A stretch of DNA of 62,210 nucleotides, counting the filler, from Choristocarpus tenellus KU-1152 (Eukaryota > Protista > Phaeophyceae), in assembly GCA_964200185.2 (NCBI GenBank). It is 8 parts of 8 records of this genome, joined end to end, with 100 filler letters (N's around TTAATTAATTAA, not from the genome) between each part and the next. Parts side by side here need not be neighbours in the genome. Positions count along the whole stretch, not along the records: positions 1 to 5,227 come from CAXNAD020011430.1; positions 5,328 to 25,663 come from CAXNAD020000402.1; 6 more parts are not named here. The stretch is one strand, 5' to 3'. Position 1 is the first letter of the stretch. Each line of letters begins with the position of its first letter. The notes beneath the pieces were generated by a model. That model saw only the letters and a list, made by a program, of their open reading frames with translations. It was not told where the DNA came from and did not search any database. Position numbers and translations under genes: made by a program. Below, in pieces: positions 1 to 10,932 of this stretch.

Positions 1-77
1 CAAAGGACACCAAAAAAGAGAAAAGCGAAAAAAGGGGGAAAAACGGACGCCGACACCCCCCCCAGATACTTTGACCC
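1..77. mobile_element. Terminal fragment of AAAGTATC-TIR MITE (same subfamily as 37053-37371 and 38059-38123)
   Basis: Ends ...aaaacggacgccgacaccccccccagatactttgaccc. Near-identical to 38059-38123 and the reverse complement of the left end of 37053-37371. Confidence 0.8.
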
Positions 78-1513
78 TTCTGACATCCGAGAAGGTCCAT
101 CTATTTCCCCATTTTGCTCTCGAGCATGTGATCGGTGATTTCCCGTTACCGGGCCTCTGAAACTTTGAACTTTTTTTCAAGTAGTAGCTTGTCACCCCCT
201 TCCGCTAATCCATGCGTCATGTAAATCTCTGCTACCTTCCACAACCGTTGCTTCCAACCTAGACACCTTAATATTGGTCGGAATAGAAAAAGGCTTCAGC
301 ACATTGTCTCGTCCATTTGTGTCCAGATCTAAGATCGACTAATTGAGTCAAACCAATCGAGAGGTAGACAGGGTTATATTTCAAGGATCCCGAGAAAAGG
401 CAAAACGTGCGTTGTTCTTTTCAATCGCAGAAAGAGCCTTTGCTTAACTGTAGTGTCACTTTGTGTGCGGAAAGGAGGAATATAAATCTGAATACACTAT
501 TGGGCACATAAAATAATGAAATAGAGAGTATTGGACAGGGCAAAAAGATGGCTCAATTTGCAAAAGGGTCCGAAACTGCTTACCTCTCAATTGGTTCGAA
601 TCATTGTGTAATACATGGATTTAGTACAACTAAGTTTGATCAAAACTGTCAAGCTGACCGGATATTATTTAATTTACTATTGATAACTGTGGTGGAAGCA
701 CTGAATAAATTACCAGTTATAGAGAACACTTCTGGATGATGTATTCTGGAAGATTGTTCCTTGGACAGCATTGTTTGCTGGATAAATGGGGATGGGCAGA
801 GGAGGCAGGCACACCATGGGGAAGGCTTCTCATTACCATACCTGGATATGGATAACTACCACGCTCAATGTCAAACAACGGAAATTGAAGTAATCTTTTT
901 TAGTAACAGGAATCGGAAAAAAAATTGCACGTGATTTCGTAGCTCGCACCTGCCATGTTTGCATTTCCTTTACAATAACCTTCCAGAAAAGTGCATGCAG
1001 TCTCCATCAGCTTTTTCTCTGGTACATTATCCGGAGGAGCATTGGCATTATTGCCATATATATGTAGCTATGATGGGTTTATGTCTTCCTTGCAAATGCC
1101 AATAAGATTCGTCATGATGAGGGAGGTGATTTGACTCAGAAAACCGTCCCGCCTGGCCTGATTGCAGGCAATGGTATCCATCTTTAGAGAGGCTCTGCAA
1201 TACTAAGTTTGTGGAGGATGACTCACTCATCACTGCTGACGTGCTTTTGACGTACTTTCTTTCGAAGTGGCAATTTTTACTGGGTTGAGGAACGAGAACC
1301 CAAGAATTCAGAACCTACACGCTTGCATTTTCACTGTTCGGCATGTACCTGATGTTGAAGATTTATCCAACTACATTGTGCATATATGTAAGGGTACATG
1401 TAGTAGTAGCCCTGAGATATGTCGACACGGTCACAATGACGGTCGTTGTCTTTGCCACTGTAAGAAACGGTTACGTAGGGAATTTCGAAGGTAGGGTTCG
1501 GTTTTGCAACATC

Positions 1514-1715
1514 TAACAGCCGATTTCAAAAATTGAGGATGGAGCTTTTTATTGAGATGGGCTTGACCCAAAATTGACCGGGATAAAGTGTCGATATGTT
1601 TAAAAAAAAAATGACAATACAACAAAAAATATATCGACACTTTATCCCAGTCAATTTTGGGTCAAGCCCATCCTCAATGAAAAGCTCTATCCTCAATTTT
1701 TGAAATCGACTGTTA
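1514..1715. mobile_element. ~200-bp foldback MITE with ~85-bp terminal inverted repeats, TA at both ends
   Basis: taacagccgatttcaaaaattgaggat...gataaagtgtcgatat (1514-1597) is the reverse complement of atatcgacactttatc...atcctcaatttttgaaatcgactgtta (1631-1715) with few mismatches. The spacer is A-rich. Confidence 0.8.
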
Positions 1716-1772
1716 TCTGTCTGTGGAAAGCATGTTTGTCTGTTGTTATATCGTTTTTGCCGTATGCCATAC

Positions 1773-2030
1773 GAGCGAAAGTATCTTAGAGGGTACGAGT
1801 TTTGCCCTGTTTGTTCATTTGGGCCTTGGTTTCCCTCGGGGTTCTTATGACATTTTCCTACTTCATAATATTTTGGAGTAGGTAAAATGTATACGTTATT
1901 AAAAGGTGTGTCCAGAACAAAGATATTGACATTTCTTAACAAACACGATAGCCAAAATTACATCGAAATCGCAACATTGGATTTTGGCCCCTAAATGGAC
2001 GCAGCTCTACCCTCTAAGATACTTTGGCTC
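1773..2030. mobile_element. 258-bp MITE, 23-bp TIR, 4-bp TSD ATAC (Sola-like termini GAG...CTC)
   Basis: TIRs gagcgaaagtatcttagagggta / taccctctaagatactttggctc (1 mismatch). ATAC is duplicated at 1769-1772 and 2031-2034. Confidence 0.85.
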
Positions 2031-2905
2031 ATACACAGTTACACCGTTGTACCGATTGAGGTTCCTTGTCAAGCGTCCATGNNNNNNNNNNGACCTTCCG
2101 TCAGAATGAAACCATGGAATCTCTGCACGAGACCAATCCCACAGACTTGGGACCAGAGTTGTCATCAACTCTGTTCTCATGTCTTGACTGGTAGTGATGA
2201 GGCCCTGCTTTGAAGATGCTCATGAATCCTCAATTTACACTTGTTCAACATTAACCTCGTACCCTCGGTTACGGTTCGTCTTTGTTCGTCTGGTCCGTCG
2301 ATTCTCTTCACCATCACCCTTGCCTGAGTGAACCACGCCGCCACAGAATCACACGATTCACACATCAAAAGAAAATATATTCACAGGATAAGTTGTACAG
2401 TTACGGTTGGTTGTAGTTTTCATTTTGACCTCTTTCAGTCTCTGGTTGGAGATTGTTTTTATCGGTACGGTTACCATTGTTGTTACAAGTTGACAGTGGT
2501 TACAATTTGGATTTTGGGAGTATGGTCATGGTCGTACGTATCTATTTTCTATTCTTCCCCACAACAATCAACAATGATGAAACAAATAAACTTGTATATT
2601 TTATCCACTTTGAACATCAACGTTAACGATATCCCTACAACAGTCACCACTGTACGTAGATTGTCCTCCACAGATAGCATCAGCCCTCATGCTGCACGAC
2701 TGGGTAGATCATACTGGTACATATCCGACATTAGTGCGTAGAGTCCAAATATCTTGGTGGAAGCGAGGAAATGAAAACTTGGAAAAGCAGAAAAGGGGAT
2801 ACTTGTGATACCCTCACCACTATTGTGTTGTACTATATTGTTGTACTGTATTAATACAACTATTAGAAGTGTCTTCCCCTTCTTTTAGCTGGGCGACGGT
2901 CCTAC

Positions 2906-5139
2906 ATGCAGCTGAACCCTGCACCAAGGGCGACGGAGTATGCCTTCCATACAGAAGGGGGATGCACTTTTGTGACCAAGGATGGAATCGCACTTCTTGG
3001 CACGCCTACTACAGCACAGCCACCTGGCAGGAAACGATCCCGAAGCATCGGCATCAATGCATCCAAGGAGGAAATTGGTCAAGGAAATGTAGAGGACGGC
3101 TACGAGGAGACAGTAGTGCGAGTCGTTGTTCATGAGGTGACCAAAGGTGTAATCTACGTTCTCAGCATATGTCGAGTGACCCTTTTTTTGCATCTGTGAA
3201 CATATTGAACCGTCATCCTCTATATTCGTTGCTGCTCCGCAAACAGGCTCTACAACACAACTCATTTTCCTAGTCCTCCTATCATCTGCAACTTCGAACC
3301 CGTTGCCCTTACTTACTACCTGACTTGACGCGGTCTTCTTTCAGGCCCTCGCAGAGGATTTCGGCCTCTTCATGTGGCCCTCAGGAGTTGTGCTCGCGTG
3401 CCTTGTGTGGGCCCAGCGTCAATCGTTACGAGGTGTAGGGGTCGTGGAGATCGGGGCAGGAACGTCTCTGCCGGGTCTGCTAGCCGCCAAGGTATCCATG
3501 TCTACTGGGTCTGTCATTCCCAAATCCTTGAGACTTTGGGAATCGAACAATGCATTTTCTGATCGAACAAGACAGCTGTATTATGCACGTGGGGAAAGAA
3601 ATGCTCCAGTTTCTCGTTGGTCGAGAAGTGTTCTAATGGTTAGACGTATTAAACAGTAGCAAGGTATGGGAGTACCTCAAGCCCTCTCCTGAAGGACCTG
3701 GTGGTGTTCGACATTCCTTACATAGACGTGCTCCTTCGCCATGTGCGTCAGTGACGGGTGCAGTCGGAGTCGGGAGAAAAGCTACTGGCAACGAGAAGCC
3801 TTATTTTGATGCTGCAGAAGAAAATATCAATATGTACAAGAGGAGAGTTTCGACCTAAACGTCAAAGTTTTTCTCTTCTCTGTTGCCACTCGTCCCAAAC
3901 ATCGTTCTGCCGAGTGGTTTAATGTACTACTTCAAATTAGTCGACAGAGGAGTACGACAATGTCAACTGAGAGCATGTGGCCATAGTGTATGAAAACGTT
4001 AAATAGCAGTGAGAGTCCTATTGGTCTGTCGTTTCTATTCATTACTTGAATAGTACAGGGGCATGGAGTGCAGCAGCACCTACAAGGACGAGTAACATTG
4101 GTTCACAACTTACTTCCTGTAGTAAGATGGAGGATATTTTTTTTGTGATTTATTATTGTTGCTGGTCAAGACATTTTGATAGGGTAGCTTAATGTCTCCT
4201 CAGGTTAGTCTGAAAATCATCTATGGCTGTGCCTATCACCTTTGATCCATGCATTTTACTTGATCAGTAGAAAAATTCAGTAAGTATCCAATACTTACTG
4301 GTGGATACACCCCTCCTCCCCGTGAACCCTTATCTCACCTATCCCCCTCAATCTCCATCAGTTGGGGGCAAATGTAGTGCTTACTGATCATGCAGATGCC
4401 CACCAGACCCTACGCAATATCCAGGGGGCAGTTGAAGCCAACAGGCTCCTTCCCCCCCCTCCTTCTGACGACCACCAAGGATGGGATGGGGTGACACACG
4501 TTTCTGAGATAGGGTTAAGGCTAGCGATAGGACCACAGATTGGAGGTAAGGGGATAGGACTGGTGAGGGATTCTGCAACCATCTCAAGGGGGAGGGCCTG
4601 TGGCCCTGAGTTGAGGCTTGAGATAAGATATGGGAGGGGCGGTAAATTTTCTACAGAGAATACACTATGTAATGGTGATCCCCAAAAATGTAATTCAAGA
4701 CGATTTTCTTCGTTGTTTTTTTTCCAATCCCTAGAGGCAGTGTGTGCTTGCACACCAGTGCTCTAACTGCCTGGCCTGGTCCTTCTTATGCTGTTATCAT
4801 TTCTCGTATGTACTTGTGTCACATGACCGTCACTTTGAAGGTCTCGAAATTCAAAATGTAAGTGCTGTAAATAGATAGGTGTGTCCACAACCTGGTCAAT
4901 AGTTGTCTAGTGAGCCAAATATATGAGGTAGGACTCCACAAGAATCTTATGTTTGCCTTAAAGGTGTAGTCTACATCGTACATACAATCTACCACTTGTG
5001 TGCAGGAGTCGTGAACAGAGATTGTGGGAGCTCTGGGCGCTCTGGGGAAGCTCATGGCTCCTGTCGTGTGATGGGCATGACGTGGGGCTGTGTGTCTCCA
5101 GAAGCAATGCAACTGGCGATGGAAGACCCACCACCGCAA
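2906..5139 (+). CDS. METTL23: METTL23-like (Methyltransf_16 family) protein methyltransferase, 5' partial; exons 2906-3136, 3345-3491, 4362-4545, 5006-5139
   Basis: All four exons have phase-compatible GT-AG junctions. Translation includes FGLFMWPSGVVLACLVW...VVEIGAGTSLPGLLAAK|LGANVVLTD...VMGMTWG, matching METTL23 motifs (WP, motif I EIGAGxSLPG, post-I V(I/V)L(S/T)D, GLTWG). The gene runs off the contig end at 5227. Confidence 0.85.
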
Positions 5140-5227
5140 GTGAGAGCTCAAATGAATTTCTGGTGCTGCCTCTTCTTTTCCTATGCATGTACTACATATT
5201 TTGATGTATTTTTTTTTTGGGGGGGGG

Positions 5228-5327
5228 NNNNNNNNNNNNNNNNNNNNNNNNNNNNNNNNNNNNNNNNNNNNTTAATTAATTAANNNNNNNNNNNNNNNNN
5301 NNNNNNNNNNNNNNNNNNNNNNNNNNN
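5228..5327. other. Artificial contig spacer (N44-TTAATTAATTAA-N44); also at 25664-25763, 32307-32406, 37959-38058, 41060-41159, 54288-54387, 57082-57181
   Basis: The identical 100-bp construct, with a six-frame stop linker, occurs seven times. Confidence 0.97.
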
Positions 5328-5352
5328 CCTCCCCCCCCAGATACTTTGAGCC
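5328..5352. mobile_element. Terminal fragment of AAAGTATC-TIR MITE at contig start
   Basis: ccccccccagatactttgagcc is the reverse complement of the end at 40999. Confidence 0.7.
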
Positions 5353-7402
5353 AGTAGTATGGGACGACTACTACTACTACTACTACCACTACTACTACTC
5401 TACTATGAATGCGTTTAGTAGTATGCATCACTCAGTATTTGTCGAGAACATTTGCAAATCATATACTTCAAGAGTAAGCGTGCTCTGTGATAGTTAGTTG
5501 GGTTCTATTGGATTCCTAGCATTACACATACAGCACTACATAAACATAACAGAACGTAAGGCAATGTCTTAGTGCTCATTACGCATGAGAAATGTTTTTT
5601 CCAGAGAAGGGCGCTAAAACATGTGTCAGACAGCAGCAGATTTTTTTTTTTTCAGAGCAAATGGGTTTGACTGTCTGCCGAACAACAGATGTTGCACTGT
5701 TTGTCCAGACCAAATGTAGCACACCGAATGATGGCCTGGACAATGAACTTCATCGAGCAAATAATTGGGCCCAAGTGTTCTTCAAGACGACTTATGTTAC
5801 TGAGAAAATAGACCCGAGGATTTTTTTATGGACATTGGCCATTTCAAGGAAAGAGACACTAGCGTGTATTCTTGAAGACAGACAGTACGACCAAGTGTTG
5901 TGGAAATATATTTCTCTTTTCACCTAATTTCTTCTTTCTTCTACCACACATCCTCTATTCATCGCTTTGTCTACTCGACAATTTCTGATCACAGGTTCGA
6001 GAAGATCGAACTAGTGTGTGAAGTATAAACAATAATAATATGTAGCAAATGTGCTGGCTATGTGGACTACAGACATATGGAGGAAGTGGTACCGAGTAGT
6101 ACCCTGACAAAGGATTTTGCTATGTGCAACAGCCTTCTTGCGCGAGACAAGAGAGATTTTAGAGGAAGTGGACTCAAGCGCCATAGAGGCAATGGGCGTT
6201 ATAGGGCAACTGACCCCCGAATATGGTTATTATGGTGGTAACAACATTACAGATCATATCAGCCTCAATGTTTTCCTGGATAACGGGCTTTGCTTATAGA
6301 CCGAATATGGCCAAATGCTGCTGGAGGGAAGCTTTGTTGTTGAGCATTACGTTTTGCTGAACGTGTATTACTGGTGTTGCTGCTACTCAGTAAAGAGTTG
6401 TTGAAAATATCATAATTATTTTTCTATTCGTTTTTTGTCTGGACTAAGAACCTAACCATGACCCATCCGTGGAGAGAGGTACTACTACAACATGCACCAT
6501 TGCTACCGGTAACACCATGATTCATATGTCTTGTTTTTCACAATATTGTGAGGGGTCCTAGACCTTCGATCAAAGAGGTAGCCACAGGAGAAGCAGTCCT
6601 AATATAATGCTTTATATGTACTGCATGATGATAATACAGAAGAAACAAAGAAGAGGATGAAATAGGAAAGAGAAAAACGCGATGTACCTGAACAGACAAC
6701 ACTCAGGGTCATATCCAGTCCACCCAATTGAATATAACACTGGGCATCAAAATTATCACAAAAACGAAGTACCACAGAATAACATACAACGACAAAACTG
6801 TGCTACTACTTCTCATTATCTACAAACTATTCCATCCAAAGTATCTTTCTAACATTTTTACAACATCATTGATTGCACTGCGTCATGCTTATCTCATTTT
6901 TTTCTTGCTCATCGGGTTCATCCATCCCACCTTCTCCCTCAAGTCTATTGGAATAGTTCTCCCCTAGACGCAATCAAGACTTCCCACCATGATTCAGGTT
7001 TCCCGATTTTTTGTGTTGAAGGACAGAGAGAAGGATTCTTGTGTACCTACTTGCCACAAGATACATCCCAAATCAGATCTTCAACGAAATTCGTTGGAGA
7101 TCGAATTTATTAAGATGCAAACTACGCGAGATCACTCCTCATACACACGCATGATGACAGCAAATCGAGTTTAGTCTTAATTTTGGGCAAGTAATTCCTT
7201 CCGTGTGCACTTGAGTTCAATAGAGGAGAAAAAACTGAGAAACAGGGGGGTCCACACTTTGGGGGGCGTTTAACCGTAAGGTACGTCAAAGTTTGTTCTA
7301 TCTTACACTGGCGTTCTTGCATCTTACTTTCGTACCTATAATACCTAATTTAAGACCTATGAACTCGAGAAATAAAACAAAAAGTGGGACTGTTGTTTTT
7401 GG

Positions 7403-9332
7403 TTCCTCTGTTCAGAATTAGGCTCACAGTATCTAGGGGGTTAGCGGCTGTTGATTTGGCGTCCATTTTTCCATGTCGCGATTTTTGTGTGATTTGGTTG
7501 CATGCATTGGATAGATAACGAAAGTGCACTTTTCCTGACCAGGGCCCGAATGGACACCCTGGTGTAGACTCCCCCCCTCCCCCTCAGGTACTTTCAGCCT
7601 TAAATGTAACACAACTTTAGCAGCCTCAATAAAGAAGCAAAATTCTTTTTCTCACATGTTCATATTTTATGGGTGTTTCGCGCAGTGAATAAAAAGGTTG
7701 CCCACCCAAATCTCAACCAAAATGGGTCAGCCTACACCTATATATGATTCCGCCCACAAAGCCCTCCAAAATTCCATTCCAGGACCGTTTTTCGCCACAC
7801 CCACCAGGGCATTCGAGGGGAGCTGGCCCGCCTTCTCGGGCATTTCCTTGCTACGATGGGGAATTTTGAACTCAGTGTCACCCTTCACCTCAGCATTTCA
7901 CCGTAGACTGCGAAGAGGCTCTGCCAGATGCACCTAGTGTCTCCTGAGGGTACACATCCAACACCTCCATTGTGGTCTCCACCACCTCCTGTGTTGGTAA
8001 CCCCCACATCTTCCTTCAGTTTTTGGATGCAATCAAAGAATCCCAGGTCGTTGACGTTGAGGTCAGGTGAGGTTTTTGCTGCATCTCTGTGAAAATGTTG
8101 TCCCCCACTGCCTCCTCCATTGTCTCTATCTCATCCCCCCCTTGGTATGTAGCTTTGCCCCACCCTGCTGCATGAAGATGGTGTGTCCTTCTGCGCTAGG
8201 CATGCAGGCTTTGATTGCCAGGATGGCATCCTCAATCATGATCTTCTTGCACCTCTCCTCATCTATCGTGGCTGGCACAAGCATCTTGGTGCCGTGTTTG
8301 CTGGAGCTCTGAGCACTGAGCAACCATATGTCCACGATTGACCAGATCTCGATTTTCCCATCAAACCGCACCCCATTGGGGAGCTCTGATAGGGTGGACC
8401 ACACTGCAAGGAACATCACCTCCATAATATAATGCTAATTCTGTGCCTGTTGGGGGTTGGGGGGGTCCTCAGTGGGGTGCAGGTACACACCTTGCCCATT
8501 TTGAGAATTTAAAAACACCTCTTGTCCACATGCACCCAGTCATGTAGATCATCCACTACTACCCCAGTTCCCTCCTCTGCATGTCGCTGATGACAAAACC
8601 CACCCTGTTGACTTTCTGCTGGTCTGAGAGGACTGGCTTAATCCGCTGCTTGACCTCCTTCAACTTCTCATGCTTGCAAATATCACACAACAAGCCAAGG
8701 GAGACAACCTCAGCTTTGGCCACTCATTTGTGGAAGGATGTGTGATGTACCGATAGGACATCCTAAACCTGGAGGATATTTGTATGGCAGTCACATTGCC
8801 CCTTGGAACATTGTACAAGTTCCATGCAATCACCCTGCACAATCTGGTTGTCATACTCCTTCCAATGACGGAACACAGTGATTCGGGAAATTCCTAAGTC
8901 CTCCGCAATGGTCGCCACCGTCCCCTGAGGCATCTGAGTCTCGCGTGCTCTAGGCTCAAGGCATTACACCATCACAATGTGCTTCATCAGGATGTTTGAT
9001 TCCTACCCTGGACAGACTTCTGGGCCAAAGAATTGGGACCGACAGGCAACAACAGGATGAGGGAGCTGTTAAAACGATGGGGGGCCTTCATCCTAGGCAT
9101 CCCAACAAACACGCACTTTGATAGCTTCACGAGGAATTTGAACCCTGTCAAATGCAAGTTCGTCGACTTTGGACTGGTGATCCTCCACAGTCATGACAGC
9201 CCCCATCTAAAACTTTGCACGCCTCCCAACCTATATGAGAAATAAGGCTCATCCAGATGGTTCATCGTATGGGTCGTTCCCATACGAGAGCAGAGAATGC
9301 AAAATTATGTTACATTTAATTCCGAACCGTAG
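7403..9332 (-). mobile_element. Decayed Tc1/mariner element of the DD39D (plant/oomycete mariner-like) type, with transposase pseudogene and TIRs
   Basis: Minus-strand remnants WVHVDKRCF (HIDEKWF), EVMFLAV...FDGKIEIW (KVMFL...FDGKIGIW), IFMQQGGAKLH (QQDNAxPH) and SPDLNVNDLGFF, with frameshifts and stops. TIRs are ctgttcagaa(tta)[MITE]ttaaatgtaacacaactttagca and tgcaaaattatgttacatttaattccgaaccg. Confidence 0.85.
7421..7599. mobile_element. 179-bp MITE nested in the left TIR of the mariner; 3-bp TSD TTA
   Basis: Ends ggctcacagtatctagggg / cccctcaggtactttcagcc, with TTA on both flanks. Removing it restores a TIR matching the right mariner TIR. Homologous over its length to 18109-18285 and to 40999-41059. 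Confidence 0.85.
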
Positions 9333-10932
9333 TAGAGAACTTGGTTTAACGTTCCTACTATGCAAAAGTGAACTACTCAAGTAGAATATTTTGCTTTGTG
9401 TGGTATGGATATGTTCATTAGCGGAGTGAGCACAGCCCTCAGTGGTGGGGGGTGCTCTCTCTTATTAACTTATCGTTTGGTACATATAACAGCTGACTCA
9501 TCAAAACGTGTCCTGCCGTTACATCGTACTATGTCACTTATCCTGTGTAGCTAGTACTATGTCAGAACTCCTCCATCAGTCCATTTATATCAAGTAGTAA
9601 GAAATCGATTATCTGAGATTCAACCTCATTATTTTACGCACACGAGCACAAGTCAATGACACTTGTTCCACTTAGCCAATGTTCCTGTTGTCTAGTAGTG
9701 TTCACTAAACACGTATAAACCATATAGACTATCAGCCTATATTGCACACCTATTACCTATTGCTGACCTATGTGGACATTGCTGATGATTGATTAGATTG
9801 CGTGAGTTCAATAAATTGGCCAAGGTAGTCAACACTGGATATCACACAAGGCACATAACCTCCATGCCACTAGACTCTGCCCTAAGCCATATGCACGTAC
9901 ATATCAAACTCGAGACATGTTCAATGACTAATGGGTATATTATGTGTATATCAGTTTCATTGACACAGCTATATGTACAAACATGGGAAGAAGTGAGCTT
10001 CATTGGTTATGTAAATATCTGCCCCACAGGTCTCCAAAAGATGGGCATATCTGATGCAACCTTGGCATTGGTTCTACTCGGAAAGATACCTAACCCTAAC
10101 CCTTTTCTCACACCTCAAAATGCTACTAAAGATGAAAGAAACCTTCCTTACTCTACCGTGCAAAAAATTCACCAACTTCCCTTGAACTAAAGAACGTAGG
10201 TGCCCTGATCATGCAGGCCAGGGCGTGTTTTCCATTGACATTTTCCCAAATTCTGCCATCACAACTAGATCATGTATGCACCATGTACTCTGACCGTGTG
10301 TTACAAGTAGTGCATCGTACTGCTTAAGGTGCAGGCAGTCCATCCAGCATCCCTAATTAAAATGAGGCAATTCAGCTCACTACATTTGCGCAGCAAGTAT
10401 CCCCAAAATGAAAGGAATGCTTGTTACGGTGAGAGCGCTTATGGTGCATACACTGCACACAGAATAGAAAGGTCTTGATTGATCACTTCGGACTAAACTA
10501 TTTAGGGCTAAATTCAATCTAAACTGCAAAAGTACAACATATTATGTGACCAGTTGATGGAAAGGGTAGCATTATTCTTGTAGGTAGGAATTGTCATCAA
10601 GAAGACATCAACCAGACAAAAAGTGCACCAAGGCAATAGCCTAGCTATCAAAATCAGTGAAGGGAACACACACACTCCACTACCATCTATCGCAAAAACC
10701 CTGGCACCACCCTCAAGGTAGAAGCTTTCCACACTTCCGAGTATTCACGATACACCATCACGCCTTCACTAATACAAAACATAGAACATCCTTATCAGAT
10801 TATCAGCATCTCAGCACAACAGATGCATCTCCTCACCAGTGCCAAACCTCTAAATAAGATACTACAGATGATAGACAAAACACATACAATGATGCAACCT
10901 AACCCCCAATGTAGAAGTTGACTAGGAATAGA

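Noticed and set aside
590-606. GGTTCGAATC tRNA T-loop-like motif
   Set aside because: No cloverleaf stems or A-box around it.
5272-5283. Recurrent TTAATTAATTAA palindrome as a biological repeat
   Set aside because: Always centred in exactly 44+44 Ns; it is an assembly linker with stops in all six frames.
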